Assembly (NCBI GenBank): GCA_951406725.2 | Contig: OX597833.1 | Coordinates: 15,438,001-15,502,000, forward strand | Length of the DNA stretch: 64,000 nucleotides | Reading direction: 5' to 3' | DNA from: Octopus vulgaris | Lineage: Eukaryota | In this document: piece after piece, positions 13,070-25,874 of the stretch | Layout: each line of letters opens with the position of its first letter | Position numbering within the stretch: position 1 is the first letter of the stretch | Translations under genes and position numbers: made by a program | Notes under the pieces: generated by a model | The model's database searches: none | The model's input: only the letters and a program-made list of their open reading frames with translations | What the model was told of the DNA's origin: nothing

Positions 13070-16000
13070 CTATAAAACCTCCTTGTACACAATGTTTTTT
13101 GTTTTTCGTTGTGGAAGGAATGCGAAAGCATCACTGTTGCTGCCGACACGTGAGCAGCCAACATAAAGCTGACCATGAGAGAAACATGGCTCTCCCAAAT
13201 GTATTCCTGCCACAGACAGTGTTTGACCCTGCGCTTTGTTAATTGACATTGCGAAACATGGCCTTACTGGGAACTGGGACCTCCGAAATATGAAAGGTAG
13301 GTCTGCTCCTGATGGGAAAAGATGCATCCTAGGTATGAGCACAACGTTGCCTCGGCCGCACCCTGTGATAATGGTGGCCTCAATCAGATTGGGAGATAAG
13401 GACTTAACGATCAAACGTGTGCCATTACATTGTTTTGGGGGAACCAAATTTCTAATGAGCATTATAGGGGCACCAACTTTAAGTTTGAGAATGTGTGGTG
13501 GTAGTCCGGGGGGCTCAAAGGAATTGAGTACCTCTATTGGATAATTGATGACGTCGTCTGGGTCAGGAGTTGTATCAATAGACTTATATACATAGACATC
13601 TCCAGGAATGAGTTTTAGCATTTCATCATTAATATGGTGAACAGTTTTATTCCTCGGGGCCAGAATAGCCCTTTGGCCAATCCAATCCATATTCTGATAA
13701 TTAGCTTGTAGATCTGGGAAGACTGCATCTCTGAGATCAGAAGGCGTGTTAACAATGGTACAAATGGAATCGATGGCAATATTACCATTTTCATCCCCTG
13801 GTATTTTGCCTTCGCCAAGTGCAAGGAGGGTGTGAGAAAATGCTGCTGATGTGATATCACGTCGCATATGAGCACGCATATTGGTGTGAAGTTTGAGAGT
13901 CTTCACCAGTGGCCACAATGTGGATGACTTAAGACACGCACTTACAGCATCAGCTCTAGTCCCTTTGGGAATAACGGGAAGTGTTTGTCGGAAGTGCCCT
14001 GAAAGAAGAAGTGTTATGCCTCCCATGGGAGCTGAAGAGTGTTTGATGTCTCTGAGAGATCTATCTAGTGCCTCAAGAGCACCTCTGTGGGCCATCGTGC
14101 ATTCATCCCAAACGATAAGCTTGCATCGTCTGAAGACTTCTGCCTGATCGGAGCTGTTACTGATGTTGCAAGTTGGTGTCTCAGTCTTCGCTAAGTCAAG
14201 TGGGAGTTTGAAAGTAGAGTGAGCTGTCCTGCCGCCTGGCAACAAAGTAGCCGCAATTCCAGATGATGCCACAGCTAGGGCAATGCCTTGTGTTCACCTA
14301 ATCTCAGCCAATATTAATTTGTTGACAAAAGTTTTCCCAGTGCCCCCAGGAGCGTCCAGGAAAAAAATGTCCCCAGCTTTGGCCCGGACTGAATTAACAT
14401 CGGAGTTGTAAGCGAACTTCTGTTCTGGAATGAGCTTTGGCTCATTGTCGGCTATGTACTCGGCAAGCTCGTCAACATTAAAACATGTCTCACGCAGCAA
14501 ATGTGAAGACAGAGTGTTTGTGCCTTCCCGGTTTGTTGAAGGTAGGCCATAGACCGGCAAGGCACTACCGCCCATATCGAGTACAGTATCTTCGATTTCA
14601 AGCAGCGCCCTGTTGTAAATGAGGTCAGTGTACCCGACCTCCATTGATGGATGTAGCGATTGAGCGTGATGCAGGAAATCTTCAGACATATCATCTTTGT
14701 AGGTAAGCCAGAAAGAGGCGGGATTAGCCAAGTCACACCATAGTAATAGAATAGCGAAAAGCGATCTTATTTTTTAGGAGATTTTAATAAAACACCTTCT
14801 GCCATAGTGGCGCCCCATTGTGAATCATCCTCCAAAAGTCGACGCCGAAAACAGGCTTCACGGAAAGTATCACATAATACACCATCAACAGTTCTGATGT
14901 CTTGAAAACTTTGTGGGCCTAAAACCTCATGGAGGAGAAGGCGCAGGTGAAAACAGTCATGTTGGTTTGGAGGTACAGTGTATACTCTTCCTAGACAACT
15001 GTTAAACTTGACACCAGGATGTCCTTCAACATCCTGACCCGACTTCCTACGCACCCAATTGTTGTTTGACCACACGTAGTAGGACGGGACCTGAGGGTAT
15101 AAAAGTGTTTTAGCAAATGTGTCAAGTTGGCAAAGCCTAAACCGGTCAAAGTTGTTTGTTTTGGATTTGCCGCCAAATCAGCTGCAGTCTGTTCAGTAAA
15201 GTAAATTCGTTGGCCATTTTCCAAATGAACCGCTAGTTGTATGATGACGGGGTGCCTTTGATGAAGTGGAAACCCGAATATCCGCCAAAAAGCTTCACCA
15301 CTGCTTATGTACCGACCTGCCATGTACTGTGACACCTCGTCCATGCTATTGTCCTTTTGAAGGCCAAACATGGCAGCGTCAGAACCCTTGTTAACATATT
15401 TGCATATATACTTTATAGACTTGACTGAATGACAGAACTCCACATTTATGTGAGCGTTAAAAGTTTTCATCAGAAATGGACAGTACGGCACTACCCACCT
15501 ATTATCCACTTGATGACCCCGTAACGTTATAGTGAATCCACCATTGTCAGGGTGCCTTCTTCTGTACAGTGGGTATCCGTCGCGGCCGGTCTGGGTCTCG
15601 TCCACGAACCTCTTTGGGTACCGTTTAGTGCACACGTGGTCTTTATGGCATGAGGAGAACTTTTGAAAACCAGGACCGCACGGACCGTGTACCATGTGTG
15701 CCTTCACAATGTTGTACAGGTGCCGGTCAACAGTTGGGTCCGGAATTTCTGCTGCAATGAGATCATCAAGAACTGTTGGGTCTATTTTGTTGACCAACCA
15801 AAGCAAAATGTGCGCATGTGGCAACCCTCTTTTCTGCCACTCAACAGTATACATGTGGCAGTTAACAGGCCCAAAAACCTGGCCTTTTTTTATTAAAAGA
15901 ATGAGCTTAGCCAGTTTCTGCCTGAAAACCCTTGCAATAATATCATGGCGATGACAGTACTGCTGCCCTGGGAGAAGTTCTCGCGTTACCTCAACCCACT

Positions 16001-17787
16001 TTGGGTTACATGTAAAGGTAATGAATAAATCGGGTCGCCCATAATGCCGAACGTAAGTCATAGCGTCTTGTGTTCGCTCGTGCATGTACCGTGGGCCCCC
16101 TGTATAGGTTGAGGGGAGAATGCACATTTTGCCGATATTGCGGGCGTCAGTGTCATTCCTGATGCCATCACGCAAATGGATGTAGGAGTCTGAGCGCAGC
16201 TGCTTCTGATTCAATTTGATGAAGCCCAGTCTCTCGGACTCCATCTTTGCAGCCATGTCAACTGCAAACTGGTGAAACAGTTGCCGTGATCTGTGCAGGG
16301 GGTTGAAATCATTATGCCTTGTCATGAAGCGGTATGAGTAAAAAGCCATACATGAAACAGTTTTAGATGTCGCAGCCGAGGGCTCGTTTGGTTTGTGGTG
16401 AGGAATGCCGAAATGGTACCCGTCTTCTCCATAGGGATAAAGAAGGGGATACTGCAGGGCGTCATATGACCGATGCGTCTCATTAATACGCTGAAGACCA
16501 CTGTCGCGGCTTTGAAGAACTATGTCCCGCTGCTTGTGCTGTTCACCATGGAGAACTATGGCCACTTCATTGCACGAAGGAGCGTTATATCGCCGCGCGT
16601 GCTCCCCAGAAGGCCTTTTGTCAGCATCGATGACAATGGTGAATGTTGGTGAAGGGGCTGTTTCCAAGGCGTATTTGAAACTGCGAATATAGCTGTTGTG
16701 GTCATGAAGCATGTTTTGCAGAGTGAGCAGCACGTCCCTGTCGAAATTGTCAGCGTTAGTGTTTGCATGTTGTGGAATTACGTCGAAACGCAAATCAAGT
16801 TGCCTATTATAATTTGTAATAAAATAAATTTGAATGAACGAAGGTTTGCAATTTTGTAGTGGCTGGAGTGACCCAATAATGTGGTACACCTGGCCCTGGA
16901 CCTTGAAAGTAGGCATCCAACCAGTTTCTCTGACAACGTTAGCTCCGAAAGAAGTCATCTGAAATGCACAATTGTATTTCCTGATGAGTTGAAGGAATTT
17001 TGATGACCTTGAGGTGGAACCAGTAAGTAATTCCTTCAAAGGGTCTGGCAGCTCCCGAAGAGGGGGCAAGCTGACCTTACCGTTTAAGCAGCACATCGCA
17101 GGTGGTTCCCCCAGCCCACTTTTTAGCATTGCAGAATTGGCAATTGAAGAACATTTCCCCAATATTTATGTCAGCGTGCATCGAGTAATTGAAGTTGGGC
17201 TCATACTTGAAAGCACGTAGATGCCAGTAAGGTCTGTTTGGACTCGTCAGACCGCGGCGTCGACTGTTCCGCTGGAATGTAGAACGTTGCTGGTCTGAGT
17301 CGTGGGAATGTGTCGAAAATGTTGAAGCAGCAGTAGCCGCAGCGTTTGTAGCCAGTCGAGTGGCCCTTTGTTGTGAGTCCTCTGAAGCCCTTTGTGCAGC
17401 AACAGCAGAAGCCTTTATGGCGCTGCGCTTCGACCTTGTTTCCGGACCGTCTGAAGCCGTGGAAGCAGCATCGTATGAAGCAACCGCAGCGTTTGTAGCC
17501 AGTCGAGTGGCCCTTTGTTGTGGGTCCTCTGAAGCCCTTTGTGCAGCAACAGCAGAAGCGTTTATGGCGTTGCGCTTCGACCTTGTTTCCGGACCGTCTG
17601 AAGCCGTGGAAGCAGCATCGTATGAAGCAACCGCAGCGTTTGTAGCCAGTCGAGTGGCCCTTTGTTGTGGGTCCTCTGAAGCCCTTTGTGCAGCAACAGC
17701 AGAAGCGTTTATGGCGCTGCGGTTCGCCTTTTTCGCAGCTGCTGCTGCAGTATGGCGGCCGATGTGACTTCTCTTTTTCGGTGGCAT
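13070..17787 (-). pseudogene. Helitron RepHel transposase (HUH Rep + Pif1-family helicase), split by three frameshifts and one stop
   Basis: Rep motifs: PDLFITFTCNPKW, VEWQKRGLPHAHILLW, KYICKY. Helicase motifs: FLDAPGGTGKT, IVWDECTM, GHFRQTLPV, QFPVRPCFAMSINKAQGQTL, FSHGQLYVGCSRV. Zn-finger-like CQFCNA...MCC. Breaks at ~17110, ~15140 and ~14770, plus a TGA at 14294-14296. Confidence 0.92.
17337..17721 (-). repeat. ~3.2 x 120-bp (40-aa) in-frame tandem repeat in the RepHel N-terminus
   Basis: Unit RSAINASAVAAQRASEDPQQRATRLATNAAVASYDAASTASDGPETRSK, near-identical at the DNA level. Confidence 0.9.
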
Positions 17788-19249
17788 TTTATGTGAAAAA
17801 GAAAGGGTGAAAGTTACTTAAAGATAGACATTGTAATTTGAATGAAATGTGGAAAAATGTAAAGCGTGGAAGGAAAAGAAATAAATATTAGCAGCTGAAA
17901 GAAATTTTTTATGCAAGTATAGCGACAGAGTGTGTAAAATGTATAGAAATTTGAGTTAAAAGCCAGAAAAGAAAGTTAGATTTGCAATAAAGGAAGTAGT
18001 TTACGTACATGTTCGAAATGTGAAGTGTTTTAGTTGTTTAATCAAATATTTGCGTAAAGTGTATAGAAACGTAAATTGAAAAAAGAAAATGAATTGAAAT
18101 TTTTTAAAGAAAGGAATTTGTTTACATACATGTGTGAAATGGCAAATGTTTGTGCAGTTGTCCGAAATGGAATCCAGGGTAAATGTGTGGAACTGATGTA
18201 TTATAATAGGGATCTTCTCGCCAAAATGGATGACCAGTCTGAATGGCTCACCCCTGTCACACACACACACACACACACACACGCGCACACACACACAGAC
18301 ACACACACACGTTAGCTTACAATGTCTGTCAACAATTGACACTGTCGTATATATTAGCGTGTCTATGTGTCTAAAGAGGAAGTTGGAGTAATAGGCAGAG
18401 TAAAGGCTTCAAAGTAAAATGTTAAAATATTGAGTTTTCTCGAATTTTGTCTTAATTGGGGATGAAATTGAAAGAAATTTTGTATGGCATGAACCAATGA
18501 AAGTTCTTTGAAAAATCATAGGTAAAGTGTAATTGAAGAAATAAAGTGTAATTGAAGAAATTGTGTGAGGAGTAAATCATTATGTATTTATTTGTTTCTG
18601 TTTGCTGCTTTCTTTTTAAATATTACATCTAGTTTCACTTTATTCGTTGCCCACTGTGTGTGTGCGTTTGCGTGTGGTGTAAACCAGACTAAGAAAAGCA
18701 TTTGACACACACACCAGAATGTGAGTTTTCTGTAAATTTTGCTTAATTGGAGTTTAAATTTAAAAAACTGGAGCTGGTATGACGCGATGCATTGTACTCT
18801 TAAAAATGCTAGGTAAATTGTAATTGAAGAAATCCTATATTGTAGATTTGTATAACTCCCAAAGGGAGGCAGATAAAATCTGCCTTTTATAATAAGAGAT
18901 ATATGTAAGTGTATGTGTGGGTGTATAATGTATATATATATATATATATAAGTTTATATACATGTGTATATGTGTATATATGTATGCGTATGAGTATGCA
19001 TATCAGTGTATATATTTATATATATTTATGTATGGTCATGAATATGTACATGTGAACGTATGTACGTGTGTATGTATATGTAAACATAAATATATACATA
19101 TGTATGTGGGTGTCTTTGCATTTATTTTGTACACATGTTTATATCATAATGGATAAGTAAAGTATAAAATGTATCAATAAACATACCTTGATAACATTAC
19201 TAAACGAAATTACGTTTACTTATTTATTATGAAGAACCATTTACAAGTT

Positions 19250-19570
19250 GCTTATTCTAATCCAATTATATTGATTGACGAAAAATAAGGTCTTATTTTT
19301 AATACCTAATAAGTCTCTTGTATTGAGACAAAAATGTTTGTTATTTGAAATTTTTAAATCGTATTATAACATGGACATATCAGAAAAAATATTTAGTGGA
19401 TTAATTCATAATATTTCTTAATATGTTCCAGTGAGAATATTGGTATTGAATGTAAGATATTTCATTATAATCGTAGTTAAGTACTAATTATAAATTTAAA
19501 GTAAGCGAGCTTTCTTATACTAAATAATTATACATTATAAATTGATTAATTAATTAATTAATTAATTATG

Positions 19571-19633
<63 letters not shown>

Positions 19634-20030
19634 GTAAAAATAAATGAATAATTTTATATAATGCCATATTGTGATCAAAGACATCTATTTCCAAGTACAT
19701 ATTTCCGGCTTTTTTTTCTTATATAGCTACTTTATATAAATATATATACTTTGACTTACAAAGATATACTTTTATCGCTGACGAACTAAGTAATTTGGTA
19801 TTTATTCCAGGAATAATGTTTATGCAAATATGAATAAGAAGATTAAATATTAATAAGAAGATAAAAATAATTATTACACAAAAAAATATTTTTGAATAAT
19901 CGAAAGTATATATATTAATTGATATACAATCTAAGTTCAATAACTTTAATATTTCTTATAATATTGTGTAGTTTAGAGCTTCTAGACATATTGCAATAAT
20001 CTAATTTTGTTCTCAAAGACTAAGTGAAAC
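19250..20030 (-). mobile_element. Possible highly decayed Penelope-like endonuclease relic
   Basis: Scattered peptides (VLGNRCL, HWNILRNI) resemble 11221-11843. Bounded by microsatellite. Confidence 0.25.
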
Positions 20031-20137
20031 TTATATATATATATATATATATATTAGTATAACACACTTCCCGAGTGTTGTACTAATACATCTGTTTGTT
20101 GTCTACACCACTTGTCTTCGTCTTTTGTGAATTCTCC

Positions 20138-20214
<77 letters not shown>

Positions 20215-20217
<3 letters not shown>

Positions 20218-20593
20218 TCTTTAGTATTCTACTTGTTTCAGTCATTTGACTGTGGCCATGCTGGAGCACCACCTTTTAGTCGAGCAAATCGAGCCCAGGA
20301 CTTATTCTTTGTAAGCCTAGTACTTACTCTATCAGTCTCTTTTGCCGAACACCAGCATCGGTTGTCAATCGATGTTGGGGGGACAAACTCAGACACACAA
20401 ACATATACACATACATATATAGATATACATATATACGACGGGCTTATTTCCGTTTCCGTCTACCAAATCTACTCACAAGGCTTTGGTCGGCCCGAGGCTA
20501 TAGAAGACACTTGTCCAAGGTGCCACGCAGTGGGACTGAACCCGGAACCATGTGGTTCGTAAGCAAGCTACTTACCACACAGCCACTCCTGCG

Positions 20594-20595
<2 letters not shown>
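20215..20595 (-). mobile_element. SINE family A
   Basis: Homologous to 3324-3753. Confidence 0.85.
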
Positions 20596-20678
<83 letters not shown>

Positions 20679-21485
20679 ATTATATATTATCTCTTTATCT
20701 AAGAAATAATATAGATTATAATTATTCCAGGGCTATGTTTTTCTATTATATTTTTTAACTTACAGATTTCTCCGTTTGATAAAGAACGTAAATAAGCACC
20801 ATTATTTCATAGTAAATTTGAATTTTATTTATATGAATAACAATAAATAAATGATAGAAATATTAAAATTACTAAGTCTCTCTAAAGGAGATTACGGCAG
20901 CGTTACTGGATATTAATAGTTATCGCCAAACTAATATGGTAGTCGAGTAATTTTAATATTTCTATTATTGAAAACAAGTGGATGTATTCCACTGAAATTA
21001 GGTAAATAAAATCTTCGAACAGACGAACTGGAGCAGACGAACTGAAGCAACGTGAAATAAAGTGTCTTGCTCAAGAACGCAACACGCAGCCCGCTCTGGG
21101 ATTCGAACTCAGAACCTCACGGTCGAACGTTCAGCGCTCTCGTTCTTAAATATAGGTGTTTTGAATCTGTATTATGCAATCTGACAGAATATATTAATTC
21201 TTTCCGTTTCCTTGCCTACTGTTATTTCTCTGCTATTTTGGTGCTTTACGGTGGTTTAATTAAGACATTAGCTCTTATTTCTAGCAGGTTGCTACTTTTC
21301 TGCATCCTTACGCTTCGTACCAATTTGTATATTATAGCTTAAGAATGCTATTTTCTTGCGAACCAACTATGTTACTACTGTTGATATTATCAATTTAAAA
21401 TTTCATCCATAGACAATATTAACAGTAGTGACATCTTATTTCAAACGTTAGTGTTTGAATGTTTTGTATGTATATATTTATATAT

Positions 21486-21670
21486 ATAGGAAAAAAGCAA
21501 CAAGAATGGATTAAAATCTTGGTACAACTGTTTCGTACGAGGACATCTTTAATAAGCTACAAACAATGCTACAAAAAATGCAGCTTATAAGCTTTGTAGC
21601 TTATTAAAGATGTCCTCGTACAAAACAATTGTACCGAGATTTTAATCCATTATTGTTGCTTTTTTCCTAT
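21486..21670. repeat. 78-bp inverted repeat (arms 21486-21563 and 21593-21670) containing a hammerhead 3' half
   Basis: The arms are reverse complements with a few mismatches and read GTAC(G/A)AAACA(G/A)TTGTACC. The structure lies between (TA)n tracts. Confidence 0.8.
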
Positions 21671-21787
21671 TTGTAATCACCCCACTTGTCGTATGGTTAA
21701 CACCATATAGATTTCCGGTGCATCCTAGTTAAGGACCATATTCATGTGAATTCATTAGATTTCACCTGAATCTCAATTACTTAAACC

Positions 21788-21843
<56 letters not shown>

Positions 21844-21956
21844 CAGAGACATAACATTAGGCAAGGAAACGGAAAGAATTAATATATTCAAAAGCACACC
21901 TACGAAAGATTATGCTATTTAGGATATCCGCATAACCGAGTTTCGGCTTCTGTAAA

Positions 21957-22354
21957 TCTTTATATATAAAAGAGAGGTTGTGTGCTGTCTGTCTCCTACG
22001 ATTTAGATTCCAAACTACTCCCACATTTTGCGGTGCAGTTTAACCAAAACCGGGTATATTATAGTCGTGATTCATATCGAGCCCTTCTGGGTATTAGCGC
22101 GCGTCTACGATGAGTGTACGATTTTTAAAAAATTACCATCATTTTTATCCATTTTAATACATTTTTTCGCTATTATATAAGGGAAGTAATTCTCTAAAAA
22201 TGTCTACGATGAGTCAACGATTTAGAAAAAAATTTACCATAATTTTTTTCCATTTTTAATGCATTTTTTGGCTATTTTTGGGCTATAACTCTCTAAAAAT
22301 GCTTATATAGTTATTTCCCTTACAAACCCGAGCAACGCCGGGCGATACTGCTAG
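21957..22354 (+). mobile_element. Non-autonomous Helitron (398 bp)
   Basis: A|TCTTTATATATAAAAG at the 5' end and CCCGAGCAACGCCGGG-CGATACTG-CTAG|T at the 3' end. Internal ~100-bp duplication (GTCTACGATGAGT at ~22103 and ~22202). Confidence 0.9.
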
Positions 22355-22452
22355 TTAATTATATAATATTCCCTCATATTATATATATATATATATACAC
22401 ACATACACACACAATATTGAGGTCTCCTTCATTCATTTGTCTTGCCATTTCT

Positions 22453-22489
<37 letters not shown>

Positions 22490-22509
<20 letters not shown>

Positions 22510-22720
22510 ATATTTATGTGAGATTGTCTGCATTTGTCCCCTCACATTCACTTAACAACCGATGTTGGTGTGTTCACGTCCCTGTAAACTAGCATTTCGA
22601 CAAAATAAGTACTAGGCTTGCAAAGAATAGGACCTAGGTTCTAATTTATCGACGAAAAACCTCTTTAAGTAGATGCTTCTTCATGGTCGCAGTGAAATGA
22701 TTGAATCAGGTAAAAGAATA
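22490..22720 (+). mobile_element. SINE family A 3' half, degenerate
   Basis: ACAACCGATGTTGGTGTGTTCACGTCCC...ATAAGTACTAGGCTT. Confidence 0.6.
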
Positions 22721-22856
22721 CACACACACACATTTTAATATACATATATATATATATATTCAGTAATTGGTTTTTTTATTCTTCAGATTTTTGTAAGTAT
22801 GCTAGACCATTAGTTTAAAATGATATTAATTAATTTTGATTTCTACCCTCATTATT

Positions 22857-22929
<73 letters not shown>

Positions 22930-22931
<2 letters not shown>

Positions 22932-23105
22932 GCGCAATGGCCTAATGGTTAGGGCAGTGGACTCGCGGTCGCAGGATCACGGTTTCGATTCCCAGACCGG
23001 GCGTTGTGAGTTTTTATTGAGCGAAAACACCTAAAAGCTCCACGAGGTTCCGGCAGGGGATGGTGGTGATCCCTGCTGTACTCTTTCACCACTCTTTCTT
23101 CTGTA
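22930..23105 (+). mobile_element. SINE family C, 5' part
   Basis: GGCGCAATGGCCTAATGGTTAGGGCAG...GGTTTCGATTCCC tRNA-like head, homologous to 39617 and 59815. Confidence 0.8.
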
Positions 23106-23523
23106 GGCCTGCTATATTCGTTTAGACATTATTTCAGGGGTAGGATATTCTGATGTAATAACTGGCGTTTAGCATTTGTTTGTTTCTGGGCTACTTGACT
23201 TTTTGGATGAGAATCTTAGCGATGTTGTGCAAATTCTTATTGATTTCACATTTCAGCACAGGCATTTGCTGACAGCTGTTGCCCTTAGCATCCAGGATAA
23301 GATAATTTGTTAGCGATGGCTCTTCTCGTTTACGAATTGACAGCCGCTAAGTACGAAAGCATGTACGCGTGCATTTGCATGAATGTATGTATGCATGCCT
23401 GGAAATATCCATGCATATTTGTGTGTGTGTGTGTGTGTATGTATGTACGTAAGTACTTGCATTAGTGCGTGTTAGCGTTGTAGACACACACATAAACACA
23501 CATACGCACGCACACTCATACAT

Positions 23524-23590
<67 letters not shown>

Positions 23591-23796
23591 TACATACATA
23601 CATACATACATACATACATACATACATACATACATACATACATACATACATACACTAAATCATTCGTGGATGTTTTGGTTGCAGAAATAATAAAGAATTG
23701 GTTCTAAAATAATTTTCTAGATAATATAGAGTGCTTTATTATGTAATTCTACGCACCTAGAAATCCCGCACAAGAACGTAAGAATACGCACACGCG

Positions 23797-23816
23797 CATA
23801 TATATATATATATATT

Positions 23817-23875
<59 letters not shown>

Positions 23876-23952
23876 CATACATACATACATATATATATAT
23901 ATACATACATACATATATATATATATATACATACATACATACATATATATAT

Positions 23953-23983
<31 letters not shown>

Positions 23984-24061
23984 CATACATACATACATAC
24001 ATATATATATATATACATACATACATACATATATATATATATACATACATACATACATATA

Positions 24062-24102
<41 letters not shown>

Positions 24103-24129
24103 ATACATACATATATATATATACATACA

Positions 24130-24204
<75 letters not shown>

Positions 24205-24631
24205 ATACATACATATATATATATACATACATATATATATACATACATACATATATATATATACATATATATATATATACATACATATATATTTATATAC
24301 ATATATATATTTATATACATATATATATATATACATATATATATACATACATACATATATATACATACATACATATATATACATACATACATATACATAC
24401 ATACATACATACATACATATACATACATACATATATATACATACATACATATATATACATACATACATACATATATATACATACATACATATATATACAT
24501 ATATACATACATATATATACATATATACATACATACATATACATACATACATATATATACATATATACATACATATATATACATACATACATATATATAC
24601 ATATATACATACATATATATACATACATACA

Positions 24632-24663
<32 letters not shown>

Positions 24664-24669
24664 CATATA

Positions 24670-24701
<32 letters not shown>

Positions 24702-24708
24702 CATATAT

Positions 24709-24739
<31 letters not shown>

Positions 24740-24745
24740 CATATA
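23797..24745. repeat. Compound (TA)n/(TACA)n microsatellite, ~950 bp
   Basis: Read directly. It is the source of the long YI/CM/YV pseudo-ORFs. Confidence 0.95.
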
Positions 24746-24891
24746 CTAAGCAATAAAGGGTTTAGCAACGAATTGCCTTACCACAGACCGAATTTAGAAA
24801 TAGCAGTAAAAGAGTTATAGCTATTTCTTCTACTAAAAAGGGAGATCTCAGTAAAAACACAGCAATTGGAAGGCAGACACAAACAGGTAAG

Positions 24892-24950
<59 letters not shown>

Positions 24951-25012
24951 CATATATATATATATATACATATATATTTATATACATATATATTTATATA
25001 CATATATATATT

Positions 25013-25057
<45 letters not shown>

Positions 25058-25101
25058 AAACAAGTAAAAAATAGAAAATGCTAAAATAATTTTATAGTGA
25101 A

Positions 25102-25149
25102 CATTTCAGTACCGGTTTCGGTCATTTTGAGACCTTTTCAACTGTAACG
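25102..25149 (-). ncRNA. Minimal type I hammerhead motif (U3-A8 core variant), left Penelope arm
   Basis: Mirror image of 29609-29656. Confidence 0.7.
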
Positions 25150-25874
25150 ATTAAATAATTAAATTTAGAAAAATTAGAAGAAAAGTTTTTTTAAAACAAT
25201 ATTTCTATAGTAGTGTTCAGATTTAAGTGGCATTCTGCCTTTCTCTGACTCCCTTGTTTGCACTTGTGTGTTCGAGGTAGTTGTGAGTTCTTGGTAGGGT
25301 AGTAGAGGGAAGGCTGGTGAGGAAAGGGGGTGGGAGAATCTGGGAGTGCCCTGATGGTCGTATTTTGAATGGTCAGTGGCGGCTGGCAGTCTCAGTTCAA
25401 TTCAGGAGAATATTTATATCGACAGGCTTGTTTATAGAATTAGCGTAGGTGTTATACTAAAAAACATTAGTGACAAACTTAAGGGGTAGGGGGTGGAGAA
25501 GAAGAAGAAGAAGAAGAAGAAGAAGAAGAAGAAGAAGAAGAAGAAGGAGAAGGAGAAAGAGAAGATGATGGTGATGGTGGTGATGATTATGACGACGATG
25601 ATGATGATAACGATGATGATGAAGAAGAAGAAGAAGAAGAAGAAGAAGAAGGAGGAGAAGGAGAAGATGGTGGTGATGATGGTGGCGATGATGATGACGC
25701 CGATGATGATGATAACGATGATGATGAAGAAGAAGAAGAAGAAAAAACAGAGAAGGGAGAATATGAATGGGTGTAAATATAGCTATGAAGGGGCTGATTA
25801 GTAATGGATTCTATGGAGTGTAGTATTTGTGTGTGTATATATATTTTTTTCTTTTATTCTAAAGTTGAGGTATA

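Larger units (their letters stand above)
12229..18899 (-). mobile_element. Full-length Helitron (rolling-circle transposon), ~6.67 kb
   Basis: On the minus strand the 5' end is A|TCTCTTATTATAAAAGG (18899). The 3' end is the hairpin CCCGAGCAACGCCGGG, then CAATTCAGCTAG|T (12229). It is inserted between A and T with no TSD and encodes a RepHel protein. Confidence 0.93.

Noticed and set aside
13070-14272. Host PIF1 helicase gene
   Set aside because: It is in frame with upstream Helitron sequence and enclosed by Helitron termini.
17337-17721. Regular repeat array that could suggest CRISPR
   Set aside because: The 120-bp units are contiguous coding repeats with no unique spacers, in eukaryotic DNA with no cas genes.
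23749-24768. Long ORFs (339 and 321 aa) of YI/CM/YV repeats, and similar ORFs at 43191-44507 and 33727-34111
   Set aside because: These are translations of microsatellites, which lack stop codons by composition.
25493-25801. Poly-K/M ORF and its mirror at 29023-29265
   Set aside because: (GAA)/(GAT) repeats on the antisense strand of the Penelope 3' UTR.
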